A stretch of 64,000 nucleotides of DNA from Chiloscyllium plagiosum (taxonomy: Eukaryota). The stretch is from NCBI RefSeq assembly GCF_004010195.1, contig NC_057719.1:41051318-41115317 (forward strand). Direction: 5' to 3'. The notes under the pieces are model-generated. The model worked only from the letters and a program-made list of their open reading frames with translations. It was not told where the DNA came from and made no database searches. A program made the translations under genes and the position numbers. Below are positions 26,425 to 39,496 of this stretch, piece after piece (position 1 is the first letter of the stretch; every line of letters starts with the position of its first letter).

Positions 26425-26635
26425 TAAGATTATTTGGATGTGAACATAGGATGTATAGTTAGTAAGTTTATGGATGACATCAAAATTGGAGGTGTAGTGG
26501 ACAGCGAAGAAGGTTACCTCAGAGTATAACAGGAATTTGATCAGATGGGCCAATGGGCTGAGGAATGGCAGATGGAGTTTAATTCAGATAAATGCAAGGT
26601 GCTGCATTTTAGAAAAGCAAATCAGAGCAGGACTT
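26425..26635 (+). mobile_element. CR1 RT internal fragment
   Basis: agtaagtttatggatgacatcaaaattgg (SKF.DD.KIG), atggagtttaattcagataaatgc (MEFNSDKC). Confidence 0.85.
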
Positions 26636-27576
26636 AAACAAACAGAACAAAGACAATTTACAGCTCAGGAACAGGCCCTTCGGCCCTCTAAGCCAGTGCC
26701 AATACAAATCCGTTGTCTAAACCTATCGTCCAATTCCTAAGGATCCTTATCCCTCTCCTCCCCACCAACTCATGCATCTGTCCAGGCGCAACTTAAAGTG
26801 AATCTACAGTGCCTGCCTCTACAACCTCTGCTGGCATTGTGTTCCGGGCACCTACCACTCTCTGTGTAAAGTACCTGCCGTATGTATCCCTCTTAAATTT
26901 TTCTCCTCTCACCTTGAACGCGTGACCTCTCATTATTGAATCCCTCACCCTGGGAAAAAGCTTATCTCTATCCAGCCTGTCTATACCCTTCATGATTTTG
27001 TAGACCTCAATCAGGGCCCCCCTCAATCTCCTTTTTTCTAATGAAAACAATCCTAACCTACTCAACCTCTCTTCATAGCTAGCACCTTCCATACCAGGCA
27101 ACATCCTTGTAAACCTTCTCTGCACCCTCTCCAAAGCATCCACATCCTTTTGGTAGTGTGGTGACCAGAGCTGTACACAGTATTCTAAATGCAGCCAAAC
27201 CAAAGTCTTGTACAATTTTAACATGACTTGCCAGCCCTTATACTCAATACCCTGTCCGATGAAGGCAAGCATACCATATGCCTTCTTGACCACTCTATCT
27301 AGCTATGCAGCCACTATCAGATGGACCTGAACTCCCAGATCTGTCTACATTAACTTTTCCCAAGGATCTTCCATTTAGAGTATAGTTTGCTCTAGAATTA
27401 GACCTTCCAAAATGCATCACCTCACATTTTCCTAGATTAAACGCTATCTGCCACTTCTCCGCCTCACTCTCCAGTCTATATATTCTCCTGTATTCTTTGA
27501 CAGTCCCCTATGCCTTCTGCTACTCCACCAATCTTTATGTCATCTGCAAGCTTACTGATCAGACCACCAATGCCCT
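26636..27576 (-). mobile_element. CR1 LINE, 5'-truncated copy
   Basis: ORF 26793..27293 VKKAYGMLAFIGQGIEYK...[33 protein letters not shown]. Confidence 0.95.
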
Positions 27577-27622
27577 AGCGCTGTGAGGCAGCAGTGCTAA
27601 CCACTGAGCCATCATGCCACCC
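27573..27622 (-). mobile_element. HE1-type SINE 5' head only, abutting the CR1 5' end
   Basis: Minus strand gggtggcatgatggctcagtggttagcactgctgcctcacagcgctaggg (A box present, B box absent). Confidence 0.85.
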
Positions 27623-28109
27623 TGACTCATAAATCTGTTGTGGTCCTGGGAATGTTGAAATAGTGACAAATCCCAATTCAATGTTCGTTAGTGAGTTTCA
27701 TTAATGTCCTTCTTGTAAATTCATTTTCTAGAAAACCATATGTAAATAAGAATTCATTTGAAAAATTATGAAGACAAAACAATTTATGTGAATTATTAAT
27801 TATCTCCCTGTATCATCAATAGAAAAGTTGTACTGCAGGTTCTATATTGATGCAGGATTATTTAATTGTTGTATTGATGTCGATACAATAAAATAGCAGT
27901 GGTTTAAATCAACTGATTCAAAAATGATGTGAATTGAGATAAATGATGAGAAACCTCTTCAATGGAAATAGTTTCAAATGGTGTGAATGCTCTTCATGGA
28001 GATAGCTTCACTTTACAGCAGTGGCAGTAAAACTGCAAACGTGGTGCAAAGTCATCTCATTAAACTAAATGTCAACAGTAGTTCACTAGTAGCATTCTAG
28101 TTTGTATGA

Positions 28110-28418
28110 GAAACTCCCAGGACTGCTGCACTGTCTGATGTGCTATCTTTTGAATAAGACATTAAACTAAAGCCCCGTCACCCCTCTCTGCTGGATATAA
28201 GAGACCCCCATGGCACTAACTTTGAAGCAGAGAAAGAGACATCTCTAAACCAACATCAAAACATGTTATCTTATTGCTGTCTGTAGAATATTGCAGTGTG
28301 CAAATTGGCCAGTATTTCCCACACCACAACAGTAACTACATTTAAAGTAATTAATTGGCTGTAAAGCATTTTTTTATGTTCTGAGGTCATGAAAGATACT
28401 AGGTAAATGTACATTTTA
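28110..28418 (+). mobile_element. Deu-domain SINE (SacSINE1/AmnSINE1-like), decayed
   Basis: gctgcactgtctgatgtgctatcttttgaataagacattaaac...cccatggcacta...gtgtgcaaattggc...attggctgtaaagcattt; fainter minus-strand copies near 9560-9830 and 43280-43640. Confidence 0.75.
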
Positions 28419-29144
28419 ATCATAGCAAACAATAATCAGCTCTTTCTTGTGTTTAAAATATTGCAAACATTGCAAGCTTCAGGTTTACCCGTCCCCATAG
28501 AGAATCCCATAAGTTTGACTACAGAGTGTGACAGAGCTGATAATGATGCAGTCGGGTAAGTGATCCAGGATGCTGATTGCAATGCCCAAGAGAAGGCTCT
28601 GAAGGCAGGCCACCTTTAATGGATTTCCCTGAAGAGAGATGATCAGTTTTTTCCTCAGAAAAACATTTTTGATACCTCTATCCTTGTAAAATAAAAGCCT
28701 AACTTCAACACTCTTTCTTGCCCAAAGTCCCTTCAGTCACTTCCCAAATGTGTGATCATTTTTCCTGGCACAAATCCCTCCAACAATACTTCCACACCTA
28801 CCACGATGCTGAATCAACTCTTTGCACCAATGACATGTTGTCAGATAGTGGCAATAGTAAATTATCCCTCCTTGTCTTTCTTGACCTTTGACACAGTTGG
28901 CCACACCACCTTGCCCTAACATTGCTCTGTTATCAGCCAGTTGGGTGAAACTGTATTCAGCTGCTTTCAGTCTTATAAGCGGTCGTCAGAAAATCACTCG
29001 CAAAAGCTTATGGAAGATACCATCCAAAATTCATAGCAAGTTACTTTCACCCCTACACTCACTCACAATAGCTTTTGGTTAAGCAACCCCTCAATTTAAA
29101 ATTATCATCTTTATTTTTCTGGATGAACCTAACAAACTGATCAT

Positions 29145-29490
29145 AATTTTTTTTATATTCAATCATGAGATGGGTATCACTGGCTAAGCCAGTAAACCAT
29201 CCCTAACCATCCAAAGGGCAGTTAGGAGTCAACCACATTTCTGTGGGTCTGGACTCATATGAAGGCCAGACCAGGTGAGGGTGGCAGATTTTCTTCCCTA
29301 AAGGATATTTAATGAACAAGATGAGTATTTCCTGACAATCAGCAATGGTTTCATTATCATCAATAGATTCTTATTTCCAGATTAATTCTAATTGTACCAT
29401 CTGCCTTGGCAGAATTTGAGCCCAGGTCTGAAGGACATTGCCTTAGTCTGTGGATTAATAGTCTATTTGCAATAATGTGACGAGGTTATC
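29145..29490 (-). mobile_element. tRNA-derived SINE (22881 family)
   Basis: Reverse complement of the ggccagaccaggtgagggtggcagattttcttccctaaagg core and tail. Confidence 0.8.
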
Positions 29491-29749
29491 ATCTATGCCT
29501 ACCCACCTGCAACATAAATGGACAAACATGGATGAGAAGTGCCCAGACCTCTGACAGGTGCCTTTTAATACTGGTGTGAAAGATGATGAGGTACTCCGAA
29601 TGAGTGAGTAGACAGTGCAGAGGTCCTGTAGGGTTAATGGTGTGGAGGTTCAGGGCAACCAAGAGAGAGTGAAACAAGATGCAATGTGCCTTGAGGGGAG
29701 GTGGGTGCGGTAGCATTTATAGATTGAGCATGAGACAGCAAAGAGAAGA

Positions 29750-29965
29750 ATGTGGTGCTTTTCCTGGTGCAGCAAATTAGGTCATTGAGCTTCCTCCAAC
29801 ACTGCTTTCTGGACTGTAGAAAATGCACTGACCAAGATGATAACCTTCAGCCAGGCTGCCAGGCTCTGGTAGGCATCATTTCATCTGTCAGTCCACCAGG
29901 AACTGGATGGCCCTCCACCGTTCACAAAGATGTCCAGGTTCCTGTGAGAGAACCAGGGCACAATT
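29750..29965 (-). mobile_element. Harbinger-associated Myb/SANT-like DNA-binding ORF remnant
   Basis: Minus-strand PWFSHRNLDIFVN..AWLKVIILVSA..KQCWRKLNDLI; resembles PRFS..LE.L...AW..VA..VS...QCRKK.NDL. Confidence 0.6.
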
Positions 29966-30066
29966 TACATCTTATCAGACACCTTCAGAATGAGTTTCCA
30001 TCACTAGGCAGGGCGGTTCTGGGCTGCCAGTGCTCATCAGGTGTGTAGCAGTCTTTTAAAGATAGT

Positions 30067-30428
30067 GGGGAAGGCAATGGCCAAGTGGTCTTATTGCTGG
30101 ACTGTTAATCCAGAGACTCAGGTAGTGTTCTGTGGACCCAGGTTTAAATCCTACTATGCGTGAGGTTGGAATTTGAACTCAATAAAACAAAATCAGGAAT
30201 TAAGAATCTAATGATGATCATAAAGCCATTGTCGATTGTCGGCAAAACCCATCTGGTTAACTAAAGCTCTTTAGGGAAGGAAATTGCCGTCCTTACCTGT
30301 TCTGGCCTACATCTGACTCCAGAACGACAGCAATGTGATTGGCTTTCAACTCCCCTCTGGGTAATTAGGGATGGGCAATAAATGCCGACTTACCCAGTGA
30401 TGCCATCATCCTGTGGACGAATAAAACA
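30067..30428 (+). mobile_element. tRNA-derived SINE, near full length
   Basis: A box tggccaagtgg, B box ggtttaaatcc, core aaacccatctggttaactaaagctctttagggaaggaaattgccgtccttacc, tail agggatgggcaataaatgcc. Confidence 0.9.
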
Positions 30429-31197
30429 AGACAAATTCTTTCAGTGAGTGGCAAAATCATCCAGCAATGGTGAGTCATAGATTGGAGTCACACAAGAAGG
30501 GTGGGTAGGTAGTTATTGAAATGAAATTGGCAAAAGGCACTGAGAAGACTCACTAGGCCTCACAGAGAGGCCAAAAAGCCCAACATCAGTGATTGGTAGA
30601 GAAGCCCCAACTCCTTCACAACTAATTATCTAACAACTCTATCTGTCCCAGTAGACTTTCTGCTTGTCTGTTCCCACTGCCAGGCCATTGATGGAGGTGG
30701 CTGAAGCAGCGAATTTACCATCTCGCTCTCAATCTCCCATTCCTTGGACACCTTGCCACTGTTGTGGATCTCTGGCAGGGTCTGGTAATGCCTTTTCAGC
30801 TTTGTCTTTATTTGGCAGCCACAGGAAGAACTCATCTCAAATCTCAAGAATCATCAGGTATTTGCTCTTGGAATCATCCCTTTTGTTAAAGTTGTCCAAG
30901 CAACTCTTCAGATGGACAGTGTTCAGGAATATCCACACTGAGTCTATCATTTTGAGCAGTCAGGTAGTTTTGGTCATTACCCTCACTAATATTTAGATTA
31001 CAGCTTCCTCACTGCTCTGTAACTATTGATAAGAAATTTGGTTTAGGACTAAGGTTAAGGTAAAACTAAAGACATTATTTATTTTAGATTTGTTTAAATC
31101 ATTTTTCAAACCTACTAAAACCACCAATTGAGGGTAGCTGCATATTAGAAGCAGGCATCACCAATACAATGTCAAACTGACTTCAAAATATGAACTT

Positions 31198-31735
31198 GTA
31201 GAGTCATACTGCACAGAAACAGACCCTTCGGTCCAACCAGTCCATGCTGAACATAATCCCAAACTAGTCCCACCTGTCTGCTCCTGGCCTATATCCCTCC
31301 AAATCTTTCCTACTCATATACTTATCCAAATGTCTTTTAAATTTTGTAATTGCACCCACATCCACCACTTCCTCAGGATGTTGATTCCTTACGAGAAACC
31401 ACCCTCTACATAAAAAAATTGCCCCACACGTCCTTTTTAAATCTCTCTCCTCCCATTTTAAAAATGTGCCCCATCATCTTGAAATCCCTCATCCTAGGGA
31501 GAAGACAGCTACCATTAAGTCTATCTGTACTCCTGATTATTTTATGAACTTCTACAAGGTTGCCTCTCAATCTCCTAAGCTGCATTGAACAAAGTCCCAG
31601 CTTATCCAGTCTTTTGTTGTAACTAAAATCTTCCACACCCAGCAACATCCTGTTAAATCATTTCTGGACCCTCTCCAACTTAATAATATCATTCCTTTAA
31701 CTGGGCGACCAGAACTGGACACAGTATTCCAGAAA
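31198..31735 (-). mobile_element. CR1 (HER1-type) 3' fragment
   Basis: ORF 31406..31648 SYNKRLDKLGLCSMQLRRLRGNLVEVHKII. Confidence 0.9.
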
Positions 31736-31974
31736 AGACAGTTTCAAATTATGTTTAATAACTTATTTCATCAATATTTCCTGTGCTCTGTCCACTGCAT
31801 TATGGGTCAGTGATTCCCCTTTATTGATTGGATTTGCTTCATACAATCATTTGGTGAAAATTGTAGTCAAATTTGTAAGTCATGATGCAGAGGTGCATTT
31901 GGTGAAAATTCAAATCAACCTGTTGGTCAATAAGCAGGTGTCATGTGATTTTTGAATTTGTAGATACAATATCC

Positions 31975-32062
31975 TCGTGTGAATGTGTGTGTGTATATGT
32001 GGGTGTGTGTGTGCACCAATGTGCATGTTCAAATATGTGTGCATGCACGTGTGTGTGTGTTT
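31975..32062. repeat. Imperfect (TG)n microsatellite
   Basis: gtgtgaatgtgtgtgtgtatatgtgggtgtgtgtgtgcac... Confidence 0.8.
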
Positions 32063-32667
32063 GCAAGGCTGAAGGTTCATCCAGTGGGTCCAAAACTCTT
32101 GCAACAGCCCGGAAGGTTGAGAAGCTTTCTCCTACCTGAGACATGACAGACCCTGTCAAATGGATCTTCCATCATGCATGCATATCCACACGATTTGTGA
32201 ATGCACCACCAGATGCTTTCCTGCCCCTCACTGCATCTCCAGTCAGTACATGTAGCTGTCATCAGAGGCTTATCATCAGCATTGGTCTCAGTATGATCCT
32301 GATTTCCAACAGCACTCCAACTGTAAGGGCCTTTGACTATCACAGCCTCTATCAGCTGCTTCCAGCATGTCCGTGATGTGCTGATTAGAATGTGACCCCA
32401 TAATCACTTACCCACTGAGGAGAACGTGGAGAAAGATATGATAATGCACTCTCTCAAGATTCAATGCTCTACTTCTGTTCAGAGGTTGACTGCAGGGTGG
32501 TGGATGAAAAAGTAAGCCAGAATGAATAGAAATTGCATTGGAGGTAGCAAAAAATAAGGTTCATATTATTCACAATCTCTCTTTTCAACTGTCCGTGGCA
32601 CAGTTTGCCTCTCTGCTCATTGAGCCTCCAATTTTATGCACGCTTGGGTTTCCCTAACACCAATTAA

Positions 32668-33392
32668 AGTCATAGAGTCATAGAGAAGTACAGCACAGAA
32701 ACAGACCCTTTGGTCCAACTCATCCATGCCGACCAGATCCTAACCTAATCTTGTCCCATTTGCCAGCACGTGGCCCATATCCCTCTAAACCCTTCCTATT
32801 CATATATCCATCCAAATGCCTTTTAAATGTTGCAATAGTACTTGCCTCCACCATTTCCTCCAACAGCTCATTCCATACATGCACCACCCTCTGCGTGAAA
32901 AGGTTGCCCTTTAGGTCTCTTTTATATCTTTCCCCTCTCACTCTAAATTTATGCCCTCCCTTTCTGGACACCTCCACCCTAGGTAAAAGATTTTGCTTAT
33001 TCATCTTATCCATGCCTTTCATGATTTTATAAACTTCTATAAGGTCACCTCTCAGCCTCCAATGCTCCAGGGAAAACAGCCCCAGCCCATTCAACCTCTT
33101 CCTATAGCTCAAATTCTCCAACCCTGGTAATATTCCTGTAAATCTTTTCTGAACCCTTTTAAGTTTCACAATATCTTTCCAATAGGAAAGAGACTAGAAT
33201 TGCACACAACATTCCAAAAGTGGCCTAACCAATGTCCTTACAGCTGCAACATGACCCCCCAACTCTTATACTCAGTGCTCTGACCAATAAAGGAAAGCAT
33301 ACCAAATGTCTTTTTCACTATCCTCCCTACCTGCGACTTTACTTTCAAGGAACTATAAACCTGCACTCCAAGGTCTCTTTGCCCATTAAGTG
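32668..33392 (-). mobile_element. CR1 (HER1-type) 3' fragment
   Basis: ORF 32720..33169 LKRVQKRFTGILPGLENLSYRKRL...WNELLEEMVEA; ATGACTCT tail. Confidence 0.95.
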
Positions 33393-33657
33393 TATAGATG
33401 AAGGAAGGGCTGTAGATGTCACATACATGGACTTTATTATGGAATTTGATAATGTTCCCCATGGAAAACTAATGGAGAAAGTGATATCACATGGTGTGCA
33501 GGAGGTTCTAGCTCGGTGGTTACAGGTTCTAGCTCGGTGGTTACAGGTTCTAGCTCGTTACAGGTTCTAGCTCGGTGGTTACAGGTTCTAGCTCGGTGGT
33601 TACAGGTTCTAGCTCGGTGGTTGAGCAACAGGAGACAGAGAGTAGTAGTTGAAGGGA
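33390..33657 (+). mobile_element. CR1 RT internal fragment containing a minisatellite
   Basis: IDEGRAVDVTYMDF.MEFDNVPHGKLMEKVISHGV. Confidence 0.85.
33503..33622. repeat. 21-bp tandem repeat AGGTTCTAGCTCGGTGGTTAC, ~6 copies
   Basis: Four exact copies, one copy with a 4-bp deletion, one partial copy. Confidence 0.95.
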
Positions 33658-33890
33658 GTTTGACTCCAGCCTGAAGCAACTATCTGTGTGGAGTTTGCAC
33701 ATTCTCCCTGTGTCTGTGTGGGTTTCCTCGGAGTGTGCTCCGGTTTCCTCCCACAATCCAAAGATTGCAGGTTACGTGGGAAACACAGGGTTATAAGGAT
33801 GGGGTGGGTGCAGCTGGGATGCTCTTTGGAGGGGTGGTGTGGACTGGATGGGCCAAATGGCCTTCTTCTGCACTGGAGGGATTTTATGAA
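33657..33890 (+). mobile_element. HE1-type V-SINE, partial
   Basis: tgtgtggagtttgcacattctccctgtgtctgtgtgggtttcctcggagtgtgctccggtttcctcccacaatccaaaga (V domain). Confidence 0.85.
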
Positions 33891-35484
33891 GAAACAGTGT
33901 GAACTGTACCTTAATTAGAAGTAGTTAATAATTGCCCTGAGACATGATTATTGCACATGGATGTTGCTGATCAATACACAGGTTCCACATTTCTGAGCCT
34001 TGATTAGACAATGTAAGGTGTAAATTCACTAGAATCCTCGGGGACTTTCTATATAAATCCTGGCTGAAGTCAATATTATTTTCAAATTGGATTTCAGGGA
34101 AATGCAACTGAATATTTTGAAAGGATTTATTTAACTGGGTGTTGTGATTATTGCTGTCCCCATTAATCCTACTGTCTGGTGCAGAAACAGACGCAATGTA
34201 GCCATGAGGAGGCATCACTTAAAATTAGATTCATTTCAATGCAGTTCATGAGACATGGCACAATGCTTGATGCTAAAGCTAGTTAACAATAAAAGGGAAA
34301 GGTGATTGATAATCACCTCCAGTAACAAGTAATAATATACACAACTACAATTGTAACAAAGATCTTCTAGTCTTAAGAACTTATATTTACAGACTACATT
34401 GGATCTTATGATCCAGATGAAATGGTGTAGAATTGAGATTTTCCATAACATCTGCTTTAAAACAACAGCTACAGTTTGGAATATGTCTAATATTTATGGT
34501 TAGTGAGACAGGAAGGATACCTGTACTGATGGTCTTCAATCAGGAACACTAAACTGCTAATGTTGAGTAGGGATCTCTAATTAAGAAATTTTCACAAGGC
34601 TATGAATGTAAGTGAATGTGTTGTTAGGGAATGCACAAAAATGCTATGTTTTAGCTTTTTTTTGTCAAATACTGAGATATATAGCTGACAGTTTCATGGG
34701 GGACAGACTCCATAATATTTATTGAGGGCACGCACATACCTGTAACTCAGTGGGTCTAGAATGTCGTGCTCAGATAGCTTGCTTGAATGGATTGCTCCAC
34801 TGTGAGTTGCACATTCCTTGTGCTTAATGTTGTGTTGAGAAATGCTCATACTTTTAACTAGTGTTCTTGGTTGAAATACTGGGATTTGCAACAGATCATT
34901 TCATACATAACTTTTTACCAGAAGTAAGATCTCAGACACCATAGGATACATTGAAGTGATGAAAGTCTTACCGTTCATCAGTAAATTATTGCAGGTATAA
35001 GAAGATTTTTAATCAAAGATAATCAATTGTAACTGGTACAAAGTACAGAATGTTCCTGTGCACTTATTGATAGATAGTTTATTTGCATTTTGGGTCTATA
35101 AATCACCACCATGCTGCAAGTCCCTTTAGCAAGGATGAACGAGCATCTCTGTGGGGCCGTCCCCGCTGAAAATAGAACTTATTGAAGGATTAAATTACAG
35201 AATTATAGAACTCCAATGAGGTGTTAACTTCATGATTTATTCTCAAGATACAATAATGTAAAATATTTCTAAAAAGCAACATTTGACCACGCACATATAG
35301 AACTATTATTACTTATCAATTGAAATTAAAGTTCTTTCACCTAACCCTTTACTTTTTAATGTTTTTGTGGTAACAAATACAGACAGGATTTGCCCCAGTT
35401 CTTATCATTTAGAATGTATTTACTTTGGGACGAATAGAAGCATAAGAACATAGAAAATAGGAGAAGGCTATTCAACCCTTCAGA

Positions 35485-35685
35485 GTTTAGATCAGAGTTT
35501 AGATCAGAGTGGTGCTGGAAAAGCACAGCAGGTCAGGCAGCATCTGAGGAGCAGGAAAAGCCCTTCCTGATGAAGGGCTTTTGCCCGATTTTCCTGCTCC
35601 TCGGATGCTGCCTGACCTGCTGTGCTTTTCCAGCACCACTCTGATCTAAACTCTGGTTTCCAGCATCTGCAGTCCTCACTTTTGC
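35485..35685. mobile_element. PLE family A fold-back mini-element with TSD
   Basis: 17-bp TSD CTATTCAACCCTTCAGA at 35468-35484 and 35686-35702; arms meet at aaaagcccttc/ctgat/gaagggctttt; the AAACGTC part of the ribozyme is deleted. Confidence 0.9.
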
Positions 35686-36659
35686 CTATTCAACCCTTCA
35701 GACCTATTTGCCATTCTGTATAATATGACAGCAAATTTAACTCTTCATCCTCACCAAAATCAAGTTGGAAAATCAAAGTATTCTGGGGACAGACTGGAAT
35801 GGGAAGAATGAAGGGCATATTCAAAAAGTTATTTTAAAAATATTAGAATTGACTATTGTAAATTAAACAAATTATTTTAACATATGGTAAACTCAGATGG
35901 ATTGCCAATCTTACTATTCAGAATTCTTACATTTTCTTACTCTTCAGAATTCTAAGATGGAGTTATGTTTAAGTATTGGGTTTTAAAACATAGTAAACTC
36001 AGTAGCAGGTTTGTTTAACATCTACACTAGACCCATCTCACTACACTACACACGTGACCATACCCTTTTTTTTACATTTTGCTCTGTGATTTTTATGATT
36101 GCTAATCTCCCTTGCCCACTTACCTTCCTTCCTGTTCCTCCCAACATTTCTCCACTGGATAAAACCTATCACATTTGCACTTCTCAGTTCTGAAGAAGAG
36201 TTATATTGGACAGAAAACCTATTGTGAACTACGATCATCTCTCCACAGATGCTGCCAAACCATTTGAGTTTTTCCAATACTTCCAGTCCTCATTTCATTT
36301 CATATTTCTAGAATATGATAAAATACTAGAATATTGATTTGAGTCAGAAACTATCAGGAACTGCAGATTATGAAACCATCTGTCTTGGTATGGCCTGATT
36401 TCCTCCTCCTCAGCCTGAATCTCCAATTATCCAGTAGCAGCTTCAACCTCCCTTGTGGACATGGTCAGTTTCACCTCCTGCACCATTCCATTCCATCTCG
36501 AGCAGGCATCTTTAAACCTCATCTGCCATAATGTAATCCTGGTGCTGTGGACTCTTGCTGACTTTGTCATAAATGTAACATGAGATTGAGCACATAGATG
36601 GCCCAAAGATCACGCAGCAGGGATTCTTTATCTCACTGGCATCAAGTCATTACAAACCT

Positions 36660-36988
36660 GGGGTGGCATGGTGGCTAGTGCTGTTGCCTCAGAGCGCCAG
36701 GGACCTGGGATTGATCCCTGCCTCGGGCAACTGTCTATGTGGAGTTTGCACAATCTCCCCGTGTCTGTGTCGGTCTCCTCCGGGTGCTCTGGTTTCCTCC
36801 CACAATCCAAAGATGTGCCAGTTAGGTGAATTGGCCATGCTAAATTGCCCATAGTGTTCAGGCGTGTGTAGGTTAGGTGTATTGGTCTGGGGTAAATGTA
36901 GGGGAATGGATCTGGGTGGGTTACTCTTCGGAGGGTCTGTGTGGACTTGTTGAGCTGATGGGTGTTTTCCCGCTGTAGGGATTCTATA
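36660..36988 (+). mobile_element. HE1-type V-SINE, near full length
   Basis: tRNA-like head, V domain and tail similar to the HER1 LINE end. Confidence 0.9.
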
Positions 36989-37344
36989 TTTATAACATGT
37001 AATGGAATTAACATTATACATGAAGACACAGTTTTTACTCGCAATTAAGTCTATGATTCACATCTGGTTGAGGAAACCATCTGTCTGTCTGATTAGAGTC
37101 TCCTTCCCTAAAGTTATCCTTTTCTCACGAGAGGGTCCAATGGACCTTTACAGCCGGCCTGTGCAGATCCCTCCATCACTGCTTGTTGTCACTGGTCCCA
37201 GCATAGTTGCCTGAGCTGCCCTGTATAGTGCCCTAGCTCTCCCACCACTGCCATCTCCTATTGGATGCTCAGTTACATAATTCCTCAATCATTTTATAAT
37301 CCTCCTATAACTTAATCAAGATCATCCTAGCTTTGGCAATATCC

Positions 37345-38846
37345 TAGAACTCTGTGGGAAGCCAGGGAAGTGATTGCTGCTTCCCTTGCTGAGATATTTG
37401 TGTCATCGATAGCCACAGATGAGGTGCCGGAAGACTGGAAAGTTGGCTAATGCGGTGCTATTAAAGAATTTTTTTTATTTAAGAAGTGTGGGAAGGAAAT
37501 TTCAGGGAATTATAGACCAGTGAGTCTGAGGTCAGTGGTGGGTAAGCTATTGGACGGGATCTGGAAAGGTATGGACGAGTTAGGGATAGTCAATATGAAT
37601 TTGTGCGTGGGAAATCATGTCTCAATAACTTGATTGAGTTTTGTAAAGAAGTGACAAAGAAGATTGATGAAGGCAGAGTGGTCGATGTTGTCTGTATGGA
37701 CTTCAGTAAGGTGTTCAACAGATTCTGCATGGTAGACTGCTTAGCAAGGTTAGAGCACATGGAATCCAGGGACAGCTAGCTATTCATTTACAAAATTGGC
37801 TCAAAGGTAGGATACAGAAGGTGGTAGTGGAGGGTTGTTTTTTGAACCGGAGGCCGGTGACCAGCGATGTGCCACAAGGATTGGTGCTGGATCCACTCCT
37901 TTTTTTCATTCATATAAATGATTTAAATGTGAATACAGGAGGTATGGCTAATAAGTTTGCAGATGACACCAAGGTTGGTGTTGTAGTGGATAATGAGGAA
38001 AGTTATCTCAGAATACAATGGGACCTTGATCAGATGTGCTAATGTTCTGAGGATTGGCAGATGGAGTTTAATTTAGATAAGTGTGAGAAGTTACATTTTG
38101 AAAAGGCAAGTCGGGGCAGGACTTACACACTTAATGTTAGGGTCCAGGGGAGTGTTGCTGAGCACCTTGATGTGCAGGTTCATAGTTCCTTGAAAGTGGA
38201 GTCACAGGTAGACAGGGTGTTGAAGAAGACCTTTGGTACACTTGCCTTTATTTGTCAGTGCATTGCGAATAGGTGTTGGGATATCATGTTGCGGCTGGAC
38301 AGGACATTGATTAGACCACTTTTGAAATACTGCATTCAATTCTGGACTCCCTGCTATAGAAAAAAATGTTGGTAAACTTGAAAGGGTATAAAAATGATTT
38401 ACAAGCTTGTTGCCAGGATTGGAGGGTTTGAGCTACAGGCTGAATAGGGTGTGGGGCTATTTTCCCTGAAGCATCGGACACTGAGTGGTGACTTTGTAGA
38501 GGTTTATAAAATCACAATGGATGAGTAGACAAGGTCTTTTCTCCAAGGTAGGGGAGTCCGAAACTAGACAGTATACATTTAAGGTGACAGGCAAAAAATT
38601 TAAAAGGGAGCAAAGGGGCAACATTTTCATGCAGATGCTGGGTAAATGCATGGAATGAGCTGCCAGAGGAAGTGGTGGAGGCTGGTACATTTATAACATT
38701 TAGAAGGCATCTGGATGGATACATGAATAGAGAGATATAGGCCAAATGCTGGCAAATGGGACTAGGTCAACTTAGGTTATCTAGTCTGCATGGACGAGTT
38801 GGACCATAGGATTTATTTATGTGTTGTACATCTCTATGACTCTATG
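37345..38846 (+). mobile_element. CR1 LINE spanning the RT domain to the 3' tail, decayed
   Basis: VPQGLVLDPLLFFIHINDL...KFADDTKVG; MEFNLDKCEKLHF; ATGACTCT tail. Confidence 0.95.
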
Positions 38847-39496
38847 TTTGCCTGGTGTGAGGAAACATTCCAGTTTCATTCTTTTTGTTCTCAGACATGT
38901 AGGCTAGTGGTAACTGACTGAATGAAGTAAGTGAAATCCTAACTATTCTGCATGTTCACTTCCTGCCAAATGAAGCGAGTTAACAATGTTTATTTAACTT
39001 TGTCTTAGGGTTGTTCTCCATGACCATCCTGGAGAGGTTTGTGCTGACATGTGTACATGCAAGTGAAAGACACCTGCATTGAGTACAGAGTACAAGAAGT
39101 ACCATTGTTAATGTATGTTCTCAAGCAAAGGTTGAATTGCTAAGATTAAGTTCTTAATGAATAAATAGGGGCTTGCGTTTTAAACGAATGAGTGATTTTA
39201 TGAAATGGTCAAAATCTATCCTTTCGGACTGTTTCACTAGAGTTTCCAGGTTGTACACTGTTCTTGCCAACGTACCCCAAAAAATAATGTAAAAGAATCT
39301 GATGTAAGTGCACAAATGTAAAGAACTTAACAGCTGCCTCCAATGGTAGGTTATTCTGTGATTCAATGAAACAAGTTTGCACGAGAGTGATTTTGATTGA
39401 GCGTAGAATTTGGAATTTTTGGTGAAATATCATTACGAGAATTGTGATTTTTGAAAAATGAATGTTTTTTCTGGCCAAAGGTCTGGCGTTTACTGA

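Noticed and set aside
30067..30160. tRNA gene (also 22881, 36660, 57700, 58685)
   Set aside because: A/B boxes belong to SINE heads that continue into SINE bodies; no clean cloverleaf visible
32668..33657. Twin-priming 5' inversion of a single CR1
   Set aside because: The two pieces look like different subfamilies and I saw no enclosing TSD; the same applies at 47165/47200
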